64,000 bases of DNA from Caldisericia bacterium (lineage in GTDB: Bacteria > Caldisericota > Caldisericia > JAAYUI01), in assembly GCA_017999835.1 (NCBI GenBank), contig JAGNLA010000005.1, positions 66,263 to 130,262 of the forward strand, given 5' to 3'. Below, in pieces: positions 20,150 through 28,983 of this stretch. The translations under genes were made by a program, and so were the position numbers. The notes beneath the pieces were generated by a model that saw only the letters and a list, made by a program, of their open reading frames with translations, made no database searches and was not told the DNA's origin. The stretch's first letter is position 1, and every line of letters begins with the position of its first letter.

Positions 20150-20943
20150 TAGAAGCTATCATTACTGATCTGGATGGAACATTGCTCTCTCCAGATGGAA
20201 CAATTTCTAATGCCAACAAGTCAATCCTCCGGCAGGCAATGGACAAAAACATCAGAGTTATACTGGCTTCGGGTCGAAGATATCTTTCTGCTGAGCGGTT
20301 CGCAAGGGAGCTGGATATCGAGGACTACATCATCGCCTACTCAGGTGGCTGGATCAAAAGAATTGCCGACGAAAAACCAATTGTCAGTTTCGATATGCCT
20401 GTTACCGAATCGGCAGAATACATCCAATTTGTTCGCAACAAGGTTGACCTTGTTGGTGTCTATATCGATGACACGTTTTACGTCCAACAGGAAAACGAAT
20501 CCCTGACAAGGTACGAAGCCAGATCGCACCTGAAAGCCGTTGAAGTCGATGATGTTTCAGATTATATTCTCCAGTCGGATGCGAAACCGACAAAAATTTT
20601 CACTCTAGCCAACCCCGATATCCTTGAGACAATTTCAACTGAAATGAGCGAAAGGTTTGCCGGAGTTCTAGACTTTGTCAAATCATGGGACAACTATCTT
20701 GAGGTCGGCCCTGCCGGCATCAACAAAGGATCTTCGCTCAAGATTCTTTCCCAAATGACGAACCTAAATCTTGGCAATTCAGTATTTTTTGGTGACCAGC
20801 AAAACGACATTCCAGCAATGGAAGTCTGTGGCATCAGTGTAGCCATGGGCAACGCAACTGACGAGGTTAAGGCCAGAGCAACAATAATAGCACCAGACAA
20901 CACACAGGACGGGGTAGCCCGCGTCCTTGAAAGGATGATTTGA
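20146..20943 (+). CDS. Cof-type HAD-IIB phosphatase
   Basis: IITDLDGTLL motif I and GDQQNDIPAM motif IV. Confidence 0.8.
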   Translation: MIEAIITDLDGTLLSPDGTISNANKSILRQAMDKNIRVILASGRRYLSAERFARELDIEDYIIAYSGGWIKRIADEKPIVSFDMPVTESAEYIQFVRNKVDLVGVYIDDTFYVQQENESLTRYEARSHLKAVEVDDVSDYILQSDAKPTKIFTLANPDILETISTEMSERFAGVLDFVKSWDNYLEVGPAGINKGSSLKILSQMTNLNLGNSVFFGDQQNDIPAMEVCGISVAMGNATDEVKARATIIAPDNTQDGVARVLERMI

Positions 20944-22646
20944 TGAGAAAACTTATGCTTCTTGTCTGCCTATGCATGCTGCCGTTTCCAACGGTTCATG
21001 CAGCTGATGGGAAAGTTTCTGTCAAACCGATAGACAAGCAGGTCGCCATCGGGGACACCCTGAAAGTTGACGTCAGGGCTACAGGCCTTGCTGATCTTTC
21101 TTCAATAAAATTCCAGGTTACTTTTGAAAACCGCACAATAAGCCTTAAGAGCATCGAAAACGGCAGCCTTTTGGTCAACGATCCAAAGCCAATGTTTGTC
21201 GAACCGACTGTTAGAAAAAACGGTGACAAAAGCACAGTGTTTTTCGGTGCTTCCTACACCAGCAGCAAAGACAAGTTTGCAGAATCAGGCACATTTTTCA
21301 CCATGATCTTTGAGGCCATCGACAGTTCCAAAAGCTCGCCAATAAACATAGAACAGCTTGAAGGTCGAAACTACCGTTTTGAAGTTGTGCCGCTTACATC
21401 AGAAAACTCAGAGATATCGGTCAAGGCAAACCCAATAAAGCCAAATCTGATTGTCGACCCAAAAGAACTTGATTTTGGCACGCTGCGTTCAGGGGAAAAG
21501 AAAACATTGAAAGTCCATTTGAGCAATGACGGCAAGGCAGGTCTCAAAGGCACTCTGGAGCCTGACAACACCTGGATAGAAGTTGACCCAGCCAAGTTTG
21601 AGTCAGATGAACTAGATATTTCCATCACCGTTCAGCCGGTAGTAGGACTATTGTTGAACATGCAGCAAATCGGTTACCTTCAAGTTGTGACAAACGGCGG
21701 TTCTCAGAGTGTTCGCTGTAAATTTTACTACCAGGAGACAGCTGTTGATGACCTTCCTCCAGATCTGACCATTACTGAACCAAAGGACAAAACACTGGTT
21801 AACAAGTCGAGCATTCATATCATCGGCAGAACAAACCCTGGCGTTGCAATCTATATTGGAAACAACCAAAAAGACGTTGCAGCAGACGGCTCCTTTGACA
21901 TCCTCTACGACCTTCATGAGGGTCAAAACACAATAAAAGTTACAGCCAAGAAAGACACAGGTAAAACAACCGATTCAGTCGTCAATGTCACACTGGACTC
22001 GATGGCTCCATCTCTAACGGTCAAAGACCCTGGCACAATAGTCCACTCCTCGCCAATCTGGATTGAAGGCGCCACGGAAAAGACGGCCATTATCCGCGCC
22101 AACGGCAAAAATAACAAACCGGACAACAACGGAAACTTCAAAATCGCTTTCGACCTCAAGGCTGGCGAGAACAAGCTGGAACTGTTTGCAGTAGACGAGG
22201 CCGGCAACAGCACCCCCTGGGGCAAGGTCATCACCTTTGTTCCCCAGGAAATCATCAGGGTGAGGATGTGGGTTGGAAAACCTGAAGCCTACGTAAACGA
22301 TCAGCTCGAGTATTTGAAAGTCCCACCAACAATTAAAAACGGCAAAACCTTTGTCCCACTCAGGTTTGTTTCAGACAGGTTCAAGGCGACTGTAAACTGG
22401 GATCCAAAAACAAGATCAGTCACTGTCAAAGGACAGAAGCACACATCAACGGTTTTTGTCGATTCCAAAAACGCTTTCCTTGATGGGCAGCCTAAGCTTT
22501 TGGAGGCAGCCCCATTCATAACAAACGGTTCGACCATGGTTCCGTTGCGTTTTATCGCCCAGGACACACTGACAGCCCTCATTGACTGGGATGCAAACGA
22601 AAAACGCATCGATCTGATCTTGACCATCGACATTTCAACACCGTGA
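20940..22646 (+). CDS. Secreted cohesin-like, Ig-like and tandem CuAO-N-like surface protein
   Basis: Signal peptide, an N-terminal cohesin-like beta-sandwich, and two VPLRF domains at the C-terminus. Confidence 0.6.
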   Translation: MMRKLMLLVCLCMLPFPTVHAADGKVSVKPIDKQVAIGDTLKVDVRATGLADLSSIKFQVTFENRTISLKSIENGSLLVNDPKPMFVEPTVRKNGDKSTVFFGASYTSSKDKFAESGTFFTMIFEAIDSSKSSPINIEQLEGRNYRFEVVPLTSENSEISVKANPIKPNLIVDPKELDFGTLRSGEKKTLKVHLSNDGKAGLKGTLEPDNTWIEVDPAKFESDELDISITVQPVVGLLLNMQQIGYLQVVTNGGSQSVRCKFYYQETAVDDLPPDLTITEPKDKTLVNKSSIHIIGRTNPGVAIYIGNNQKDVAADGSFDILYDLHEGQNTIKVTAKKDTGKTTDSVVNVTLDSMAPSLTVKDPGTIVHSSPIWIEGATEKTAIIRANGKNNKPDNNGNFKIAFDLKAGENKLELFAVDEAGNSTPWGKVITFVPQEIIRVRMWVGKPEAYVNDQLEYLKVPPTIKNGKTFVPLRFVSDRFKATVNWDPKTRSVTVKGQKHTSTVFVDSKNAFLDGQPKLLEAAPFITNGSTMVPLRFIAQDTLTALIDWDANEKRIDLILTIDISTP

Positions 22647-23533
22647 GAGCCTCATACGGATCGCTTCAGCTTCTGGGTATAAAACCTGGAGATTATAACT
22701 TCACTCCCAGAGCCATCTATCTGCTCATCGGCGACGCCTGCGAGGGTGGATGTTTGTTTTGTCCACAATCATCAGGCAACCCAGAAAGACTTTCCAGGGT
22801 GACCTGGCCTGAGGTTGACCAGGCTGACATCATTAAAGCCATTGGCAAAGCCAACCTCAACAGGATTTGCATCCAGGCAACAAGGTCGTCGGCAACAAAA
22901 GCTGACGTGATTGCCTTTCTCAAGCTGGCGCTCCCGCTGACCTGCGCTCCGATCTCGGTTTCAATGCACATTGAGACCCTTAGTGACGCCAGAGATCTTT
23001 TTGAAGCAGGTGCAGCCAACATCAGCATCGCCCTCGACACTGCAACCGAAGAGTTGAGCAAAAGGATCAAAAACAAACCGCTCCAGCCATCGATTAACCT
23101 CCTCAAAGAGATAGCCAAATTCTTCCCCGGTCAGGTAACCACTCACCTAATCGCAGGACTTGGTGAAACACAGGAGCAGATAGTTGAACTGGCAAGAGAC
23201 CTCATCAAATCGGACGTTGTGGTGAGCTTGTTTGCCTTCACACCAATTCCTGGCACGCCGCTTGAAAACCTCCAGCCACCAGACCTCAAACCCTACAGAC
23301 AGGTTCAAACTGCTCTGGCATTGATCAGAAAAAATCACGACTGGAAGATTGATTACAAAAACGGGCAGATTCAAAATCTTGGTGATTATGAAGGTCAGGT
23401 TACACCACAAGACTACCAGAATCCTGGCTGCAAAGGCTGCAACCGCCCATACTACAACGAAAAACCGGGGGGAATACTTTACAACCATCCAAACCCACCC
23501 GATATGGAACAAATTCTCAAGGAGCTCAAATAA
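22643..23533 (+). CDS. Radical SAM enzyme of unassigned family
   Basis: CEGGCLFC is a CX3CX2C motif located near residue 32. The protein is 296 aa and has no SPASM extension. Confidence 0.7.
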   Translation: MRASYGSLQLLGIKPGDYNFTPRAIYLLIGDACEGGCLFCPQSSGNPERLSRVTWPEVDQADIIKAIGKANLNRICIQATRSSATKADVIAFLKLALPLTCAPISVSMHIETLSDARDLFEAGAANISIALDTATEELSKRIKNKPLQPSINLLKEIAKFFPGQVTTHLIAGLGETQEQIVELARDLIKSDVVVSLFAFTPIPGTPLENLQPPDLKPYRQVQTALALIRKNHDWKIDYKNGQIQNLGDYEGQVTPQDYQNPGCKGCNRPYYNEKPGGILYNHPNPPDMEQILKELK

Positions 23534-24718
23534 ATGCGCATAAAAACAATAGTCTTTACAATTGCTGCGACAATATCCCTTTCTTTGCTGGCCGGATGCG
23601 GCAACAGCGCCACAGTCAAGGTCAAAGGTGATATTGACTGGTCAATCCTCAAAAAATCGGTCACCTACGCCTCGATTGTAAAAAACTCATGGAAAGCTGC
23701 AGAAAAAATAGACCTTCCAAAGGTCAACGTCAACCTAACGCAGCCATTACCACCATTTGAAACTGTCGACCAGCTTGCCGGTGGGCAGGGAACAATGAAA
23801 GAAATGGTTGCCGCATCGGACAAAATAGAACTGCTCAAAGATCATGCAACCAAACTCATGACCGATTCACTTGAAGGCTGGGACATGGACAGGGCAGCCA
23901 CAAGGGCTGAAAACATTGCAAACATAATGCACATCAAGCAACCTTTCACAGAAATCCTCATCCAGCCAGACCCAGTGTTGCCATCTGGTCTTTCAAGAAC
24001 CGTCATCGAAGGCACAACTGCCAGAATAATCATTCCATCAGGCATTGCTCAAAAAGATTTCGATACGGCCTATATCAATGCTCTTTTAACATGGGAGCTA
24101 AAAAACAAAAAACCAGATTTTTCAAGACTGGAGCAGTTTTGCATTGCCAATGGAGCATTCCTGCCAGCAACAGAGCAGTTTGCTTCAGACCTTGCATTTG
24201 CCATGAACACATGGGTAGAAGGAACGATTGAACCGGACTATCGCACATATTTGCTCAAATCATCGCTGGACTTTGGACATGTCTTCACCCCACAGGTTTC
24301 CCAGTGGGCTGGCAATTATTTTCATTTTCTTGGCAACGTTACGCTTTCCGATGTCATCGAAAGCGCAGTCAAAGACTGCGAAAATCCTCTCTATCAACAG
24401 CTCTATTCAAGCCTGAAAAATCACGGTCATCTCCCTCTCAAGCTTGAGGACAGTTCAGAAGGCGTCAAAATTGCCGGGTTCGAAAACGACAAAGCCGAAA
24501 ACACAGGGTTGCTTATTGGCGACATTGTCACCGAATTCGACAAGATTCCAGTCAAATCGACATGGAACATCTCTAGCATCCTTTTTGACAAGAACCCAGG
24601 TGAAACACTGACAATAAACATTATCAGGCATGAAGTCAAAGGAACTGCAAAAAGCTACGTTACGCTGGAACAGATTGGCGGAAGAGTCAAACTGGTTTAT
24701 AAAATCGAGCTTGAATGA
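23534..24718 (+). CDS. Lipoprotein with a C-terminal PDZ domain
   Basis: LSLLAGCG lipobox. GLLIGDIVTEFDKIPV looks like a PDZ domain. Confidence 0.55.
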   Translation: MRIKTIVFTIAATISLSLLAGCGNSATVKVKGDIDWSILKKSVTYASIVKNSWKAAEKIDLPKVNVNLTQPLPPFETVDQLAGGQGTMKEMVAASDKIELLKDHATKLMTDSLEGWDMDRAATRAENIANIMHIKQPFTEILIQPDPVLPSGLSRTVIEGTTARIIIPSGIAQKDFDTAYINALLTWELKNKKPDFSRLEQFCIANGAFLPATEQFASDLAFAMNTWVEGTIEPDYRTYLLKSSLDFGHVFTPQVSQWAGNYFHFLGNVTLSDVIESAVKDCENPLYQQLYSSLKNHGHLPLKLEDSSEGVKIAGFENDKAENTGLLIGDIVTEFDKIPVKSTWNISSILFDKNPGETLTINIIRHEVKGTAKSYVTLEQIGGRVKLVYKIELE

Positions 24719-24730
24719 TTTTCTGTTAAA

Positions 24731-25423
24731 TTATTCTTCAGTCGGTTTGACCGGAAGCGTTAACGACAAAAAATTTCTAAGCATTTCTTGTCCAAACCAG
24801 AAACCTGGAACAGGCAGCTCCGGATGAAACTGGAAACCGTAGATGGGTTTTGTTTTGTGTCTTACACCTGCAATTATCTGGTATGAAGTTCTGGTTTCAC
24901 CAAGTTTTACAAAGTCCTGTGGCACCTTTGACAACGACCAGTTGTGCCTGACTGCAACCAGGAAACCTGCAAGCGGGACTGATTTAAAAACCGGATCCGA
25001 GCCATAGGTGTTTACCGGGATGAAGGTTGCGTTGCCCTGTCCACCTTTGAAATCCATTGTGACCGTTTTGTCCCAAGTGGTTGATATGAGCTGGTGACCA
25101 TAGCAAATTCCAAAAATCGGCCCATCAAATTCTTCGAGAACCCTCTTTGAAAGTGTCCTGAAACCCGCAGGATCACCAACATGATCCGGTGAACCAGAGA
25201 AAATTATTGTCTTGTCAGAATCTTTCACCGAGTCTAAGCTGAAACTTGACTGGCAAAATTGTGTTTCAATGGTATTGTGCTTAATTGGAGCAGGCGCAAC
25301 ACCCTGTCGCATTACTCTCACAAGCCTTATATTTTCATCATCAAGGCAGTTGCAGACAGATGAAATCAATGAATTTATGTGTCGGGTTCCAAAATCGACA
25401 ATCAAAACTTTTTGTGAACTCAT
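24731..25423 (-). CDS. Class I glutamine amidotransferase
   Basis: GICYGHQL and a His/Glu (FHPE) catalytic-triad context. Confidence 0.65.
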   Translation of the reverse strand: MSSQKVLIVDFGTRHINSLISSVCNCLDDENIRLVRVMRQGVAPAPIKHNTIETQFCQSSFSLDSVKDSDKTIIFSGSPDHVGDPAGFRTLSKRVLEEFDGPIFGICYGHQLISTTWDKTVTMDFKGGQGNATFIPVNTYGSDPVFKSVPLAGFLVAVRHNWSLSKVPQDFVKLGETRTSYQIIAGVRHKTKPIYGFQFHPELPVPGFWFGQEMLRNFLSLTLPVKPTEE

Positions 25424-25503
25424 AACAAAATTGTCTTTATGAAATTAAACAAAACAAGATGTTTTTGGTATATCATTTAATTAATATTTTCTCCAACAAA
25501 CAA

Positions 25504-25529
25504 AAACCCCGCTTGATAAGCGGGGTTTA
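25504..25529 (-). terminator. Rho-independent terminator
   Basis: aaaccccgc-ttgataa-gcggggttt hairpin, with a T run on the minus strand. Confidence 0.7.
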
Positions 25530-25556
25530 ATTGGCTAAGTGATAAACAGCGTCCAA

Positions 25557-26120
25557 CTATGGAATATCGATTGTTACCATATCATCACTAAGAATGTCCG
25601 GTGTTTTCATTGTGAGCTTCCAACCAGAAACTGAAAGTGATGAATCACCCGGAACTTTGAAATACCATTCACCTATTGATTCTTTTCCGGCAGTAAAGTC
25701 TGTGTCATTGAGAACGCCATCGGTAATTACTTCATCGCCATATTCTTTCCCATCTGGCGAAACAAGCTTTGCGTCAGCAAAAAGAGAGCTGAATGTTGAT
25801 TTGCTCATACCTTCATTTTTGCAAACGAACTTTATCCAGACATAAATCTGTCCTGCTTCTTCACCCATGGTAATACCGCCAAGCTTGTAACCTTCCTCAA
25901 TCTTGGTTTCCAGTAGTTTGTAGCTGTAGTTTCCAGCTTTCACCCAATCAGCTGTTGCGGCTGGGGTTTCCGTTTCGGTCTTTACTTCAGTTTCAGTTTT
26001 ACCATCGGTTACAACCTTGTCATCTTTGACAGGTTCATTGTTCTCTCCACCACAGGCAACAAATGTCATTGACACCGCAAGAACAAGCACAAGCAACCAA
26101 GCAATCTTTTTCATGTCCAT
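25557..26120 (-). CDS. DUF4352-like lipoprotein
   Basis: Lipobox VACGG, and paralogous to the next gene. Confidence 0.5.
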   Translation of the reverse strand: MDMKKIAWLLVLVLAVSMTFVACGGENNEPVKDDKVVTDGKTETEVKTETETPAATADWVKAGNYSYKLLETKIEEGYKLGGITMGEEAGQIYVWIKFVCKNEGMSKSTFSSLFADAKLVSPDGKEYGDEVITDGVLNDTDFTAGKESIGEWYFKVPGDSSLSVSGWKLTMKTPDILSDDMVTIDIP

Positions 26121-26203
26121 CCTCCTTAATGTTATATACGGTTATATTAACAAACTTAACTTTTGATGTAAATATGTGAATTTCTTATTACAAATAATTC
26201 GTA

Positions 26204-26728
26204 TTATTTAAGGATAATTTCGGCTTTTGGCTGTTCTCTCTGGCCAATGTGGGTCATGTTCAGCTTCATGCCTGCAGTCACAAGGTTCATGTCGCCAGGC
26301 ATCTTGAAATAGATACTGCCTGAAACAGTTTCTCCTGCCTTGCAGTCAACCTTGTCCAACGCTCCGTCAACAAACAGCTCATACTGGGAAATATTGCCTT
26401 TGCCATCATCAAGCTCTGGGGTGAGCATACCAAGCATGAACATACTATCTTGATCCATGTTGTTTCTGGCAGTGATGTCGACTTTGACAAAGACATACCC
26501 TTCCTCGGTTTTCTCCTGACCTGTCACCATTATGGATTTTACGACCGACTGGCTGTCAACTTTTACAGCCCACTCACCCAGGTTGGCAAACTCCGGGTCT
26601 GGGAGCTTTGAGCCACCATTATCAGGGGTCACCTTTACATCACCACCACAGGCAACAGCCATCATTGGTATCAAAACCATCAGCAACGCAGCAGAAATAA
26701 TTCTCTTCATTTTTTCCTCCAAAGTCAT
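26204..26728 (-). CDS. DUF4352-like lipoprotein (paralog)
   Basis: Lipobox AVACGG and shared YVFVKVDI / FKMPGD motifs. Confidence 0.5.
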   Translation of the reverse strand: MTLEEKMKRIISAALLMVLIPMMAVACGGDVKVTPDNGGSKLPDPEFANLGEWAVKVDSQSVVKSIMVTGQEKTEEGYVFVKVDITARNNMDQDSMFMLGMLTPELDDGKGNISQYELFVDGALDKVDCKAGETVSGSIYFKMPGDMNLVTAGMKLNMTHIGQREQPKAEIILK

Positions 26729-26775
26729 ATTTGAATTTACAGCTCTAGATGTCGTTTTGCAAGTTTTTATAAAAA

Positions 26776-27237
26776 CTAGATTTCAGGTGGGGTGTTCATC
26801 TCAAAAACGAGCAGGTCATAACCATGACTGTCTCTAAAAATCATCTTGATTCCTGCAACTTCCAGCGTCTTTACCTGTTTAATCAGCTCAAAGAAGTTAG
26901 ATTCCGCTCTCATTGCCTCCTCTGTACCTGCCATTTTTGTTGAAACAAACTGACCGAAAGTGATGTCGTAACCGTCGATGGAGTAATCACCGCTGTAAGA
27001 ATTCACTGCTGACTTTCCTGACATTGTTTTATCATCAAAGTTTGCAGTTATTTCATAAGCATCAGCTTTAATAGATGAAATTGACCAGGCAACAAGCTTC
27101 CACCCTGTCCGCTCCAGGGAAACCGACTGTTTTTTCCCAACACAACCTGACAATACCAAAACCAACACGGTCAGAGCTGAGAACATGGCTGTTTTTCTCA
27201 TTTTTCTCTCCTTTTGTACTTTGTAAACATCATTCAC
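26776..27237 (-). CDS. META/HslJ-like lipoprotein
   Basis: LSGCVG lipobox and GWKLV...NSYSG motif. Confidence 0.55.
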   Translation of the reverse strand: MNDVYKVQKERKMRKTAMFSALTVLVLVLSGCVGKKQSVSLERTGWKLVAWSISSIKADAYEITANFDDKTMSGKSAVNSYSGDYSIDGYDITFGQFVSTKMAGTEEAMRAESNFFELIKQVKTLEVAGIKMIFRDSHGYDLLVFEMNTPPEI

Positions 27238-27307
27238 GTTTCATACAATTAGACGTATTCTAAAGTTCCAGGATTATAAACATCAATTATTTGCAATTAA
27301 CCAGACG

Positions 27308-27805
27308 TTGGTTATTATTCATTCAAAAGACTCAGCGTATCCCGGAGGAAACATGGCTTCAGAAATTGCAGAATTCCACAGGAATCTTGGAGTAGAATAC
27401 TTTAACGCCACCTGGGCGCTCATCGACAAAACAGACAGAACCCCAGATGATGATTACAACATGATCCTTATGGCTCAGGCGTCGAGATTTCACTGGGGAT
27501 TTGCCGGCACACAGGTGGAGTTTCAGGCTGGCGACTGGCTTGTTTCAAAGGTCTACTACATCCTCGGCCACAAGGAAGAATGCATGTTTACAGCAAAAAG
27601 GTGCCTTGATATCTGCCTTGGTGAAAACATTGAAGGATTTCATCTTGCGTTCGCCTATGAAGGCATGGCCAGAGCTTACAAACTCAATGGTGACGAGGAA
27701 AAGTTCAGACAATTCCAAGCCATGGCCATGGAAAAAGCTGGTCTTGTTGAAGATGAGGACGACAGAAACTACACAATCTCAGAGATAGAGAAAAACAATT
27801 TCTAG
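27308..27805 (+). CDS. Hypothetical cytoplasmic protein
   Basis: ORF only. The start may instead be the internal Met at 27353. Confidence 0.4.
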   Translation: MVIIHSKDSAYPGGNMASEIAEFHRNLGVEYFNATWALIDKTDRTPDDDYNMILMAQASRFHWGFAGTQVEFQAGDWLVSKVYYILGHKEECMFTAKRCLDICLGENIEGFHLAFAYEGMARAYKLNGDEEKFRQFQAMAMEKAGLVEDEDDRNYTISEIEKNNF

Positions 27806-27807
27806 GT

Positions 27808-28926
27808 TTATTCCGACAGAATCTTGAAACTCAATCCGAAAAGGTTGTTTCTGGTCGTTAGCCAGGTAACTGTTGAACCACTGATGCCCTGAATATACTG
27901 GTTTCCAGGATCCAAACTCACCGGATACGACCAGTCGGTGTTAAAATTGTAAGCCCAGATGTCGATGCCCTTGTCATAAAAGTCACGCTTGTCTTCCCAC
28001 ATGACAACCGGCCAGGAAAAATGGACTCTCTCTTTTTCAGTAAGCCATATTCTTTCGATTGGTTTATTCGTCACTATAGTTTCGCCAAGTCTTGCAAACC
28101 TCAGCTGGCAATCGGTAGTGCTGTCGATTGGCTGGCTCAAATAAACAACCTGCCCGTTTGAGATGGCTGCGCTGGTGACGTCGTTTGTTGAGGTGTCAAC
28201 TGGAACTTCCATTGCATTTTCAATGTCGTAGGCAAACAAGTCTCTATCAGGTCTGAAAACGTATCTTCCGATTATCAAAAGCCAGTTGTCTTCAAAACCA
28301 ACACAATACTGATCACCAGGTTCGTGGCATACAATATCAATTTTTTCAGTCTCAAAATCGTATGACCACACATCAAGATCATACGAGTCGTCCTGCTGCG
28401 TCCAGAAAACCTTCTGTCCGTTTGAGAGAATGTTTGTCGGTTTTTCTTTTGACTGTCCTCTTACCTGGACGGTTTTTCCGTCAATCGAGTTGTAGCACTT
28501 GATTGAAAAAACATTGCCATCTTCAACAACCCAGATGACCCTGTCACCAAAGACCCAAAAACGGCTTTCATCCCCTGGCAGTTGAGAGATCATTCTGACG
28601 TCCCCATCAAGATTTGTCATTGCCAGATCGGTTTGCGATGTTTTATCCAAAGCAACCGTGTAAACAACATTGTTGCCACAAAACACTGGATTTGATTCGA
28701 TAATGTTTGATTCAGTCAGTCTTTTTTCGTCACCCGTCACAAGGTTTACTGACCAGAGATCTGACTGACCATCAATTGGTCTTGAGAAAACCGCTATCGA
28801 TCCATTCACTGTTCCTCTTGCAGGAATCTCAAACATACCGTAGGTTCTTATCGTTTCGTTCGAACCGGCAAAAGGCACCGGCAAAACAAGAGCTATAGCT
28901 AAAATCACAAGGATTGGTTTTCTCAT
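27808..28926 (-). CDS. Secreted beta-propeller protein (TolB/WD40-like)
   Basis: Signal peptide and repeated blade-like segments. Confidence 0.45.
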   Translation of the reverse strand: MRKPILVILAIALVLPVPFAGSNETIRTYGMFEIPARGTVNGSIAVFSRPIDGQSDLWSVNLVTGDEKRLTESNIIESNPVFCGNNVVYTVALDKTSQTDLAMTNLDGDVRMISQLPGDESRFWVFGDRVIWVVEDGNVFSIKCYNSIDGKTVQVRGQSKEKPTNILSNGQKVFWTQQDDSYDLDVWSYDFETEKIDIVCHEPGDQYCVGFEDNWLLIIGRYVFRPDRDLFAYDIENAMEVPVDTSTNDVTSAAISNGQVVYLSQPIDSTTDCQLRFARLGETIVTNKPIERIWLTEKERVHFSWPVVMWEDKRDFYDKGIDIWAYNFNTDWSYPVSLDPGNQYIQGISGSTVTWLTTRNNLFGLSFKILSE

Positions 28927-28983
28927 GGAAGGATTATACCCTCAACTCTCTTAAGTTTCAAACTTGTGAACCTTCCTAAAGAA

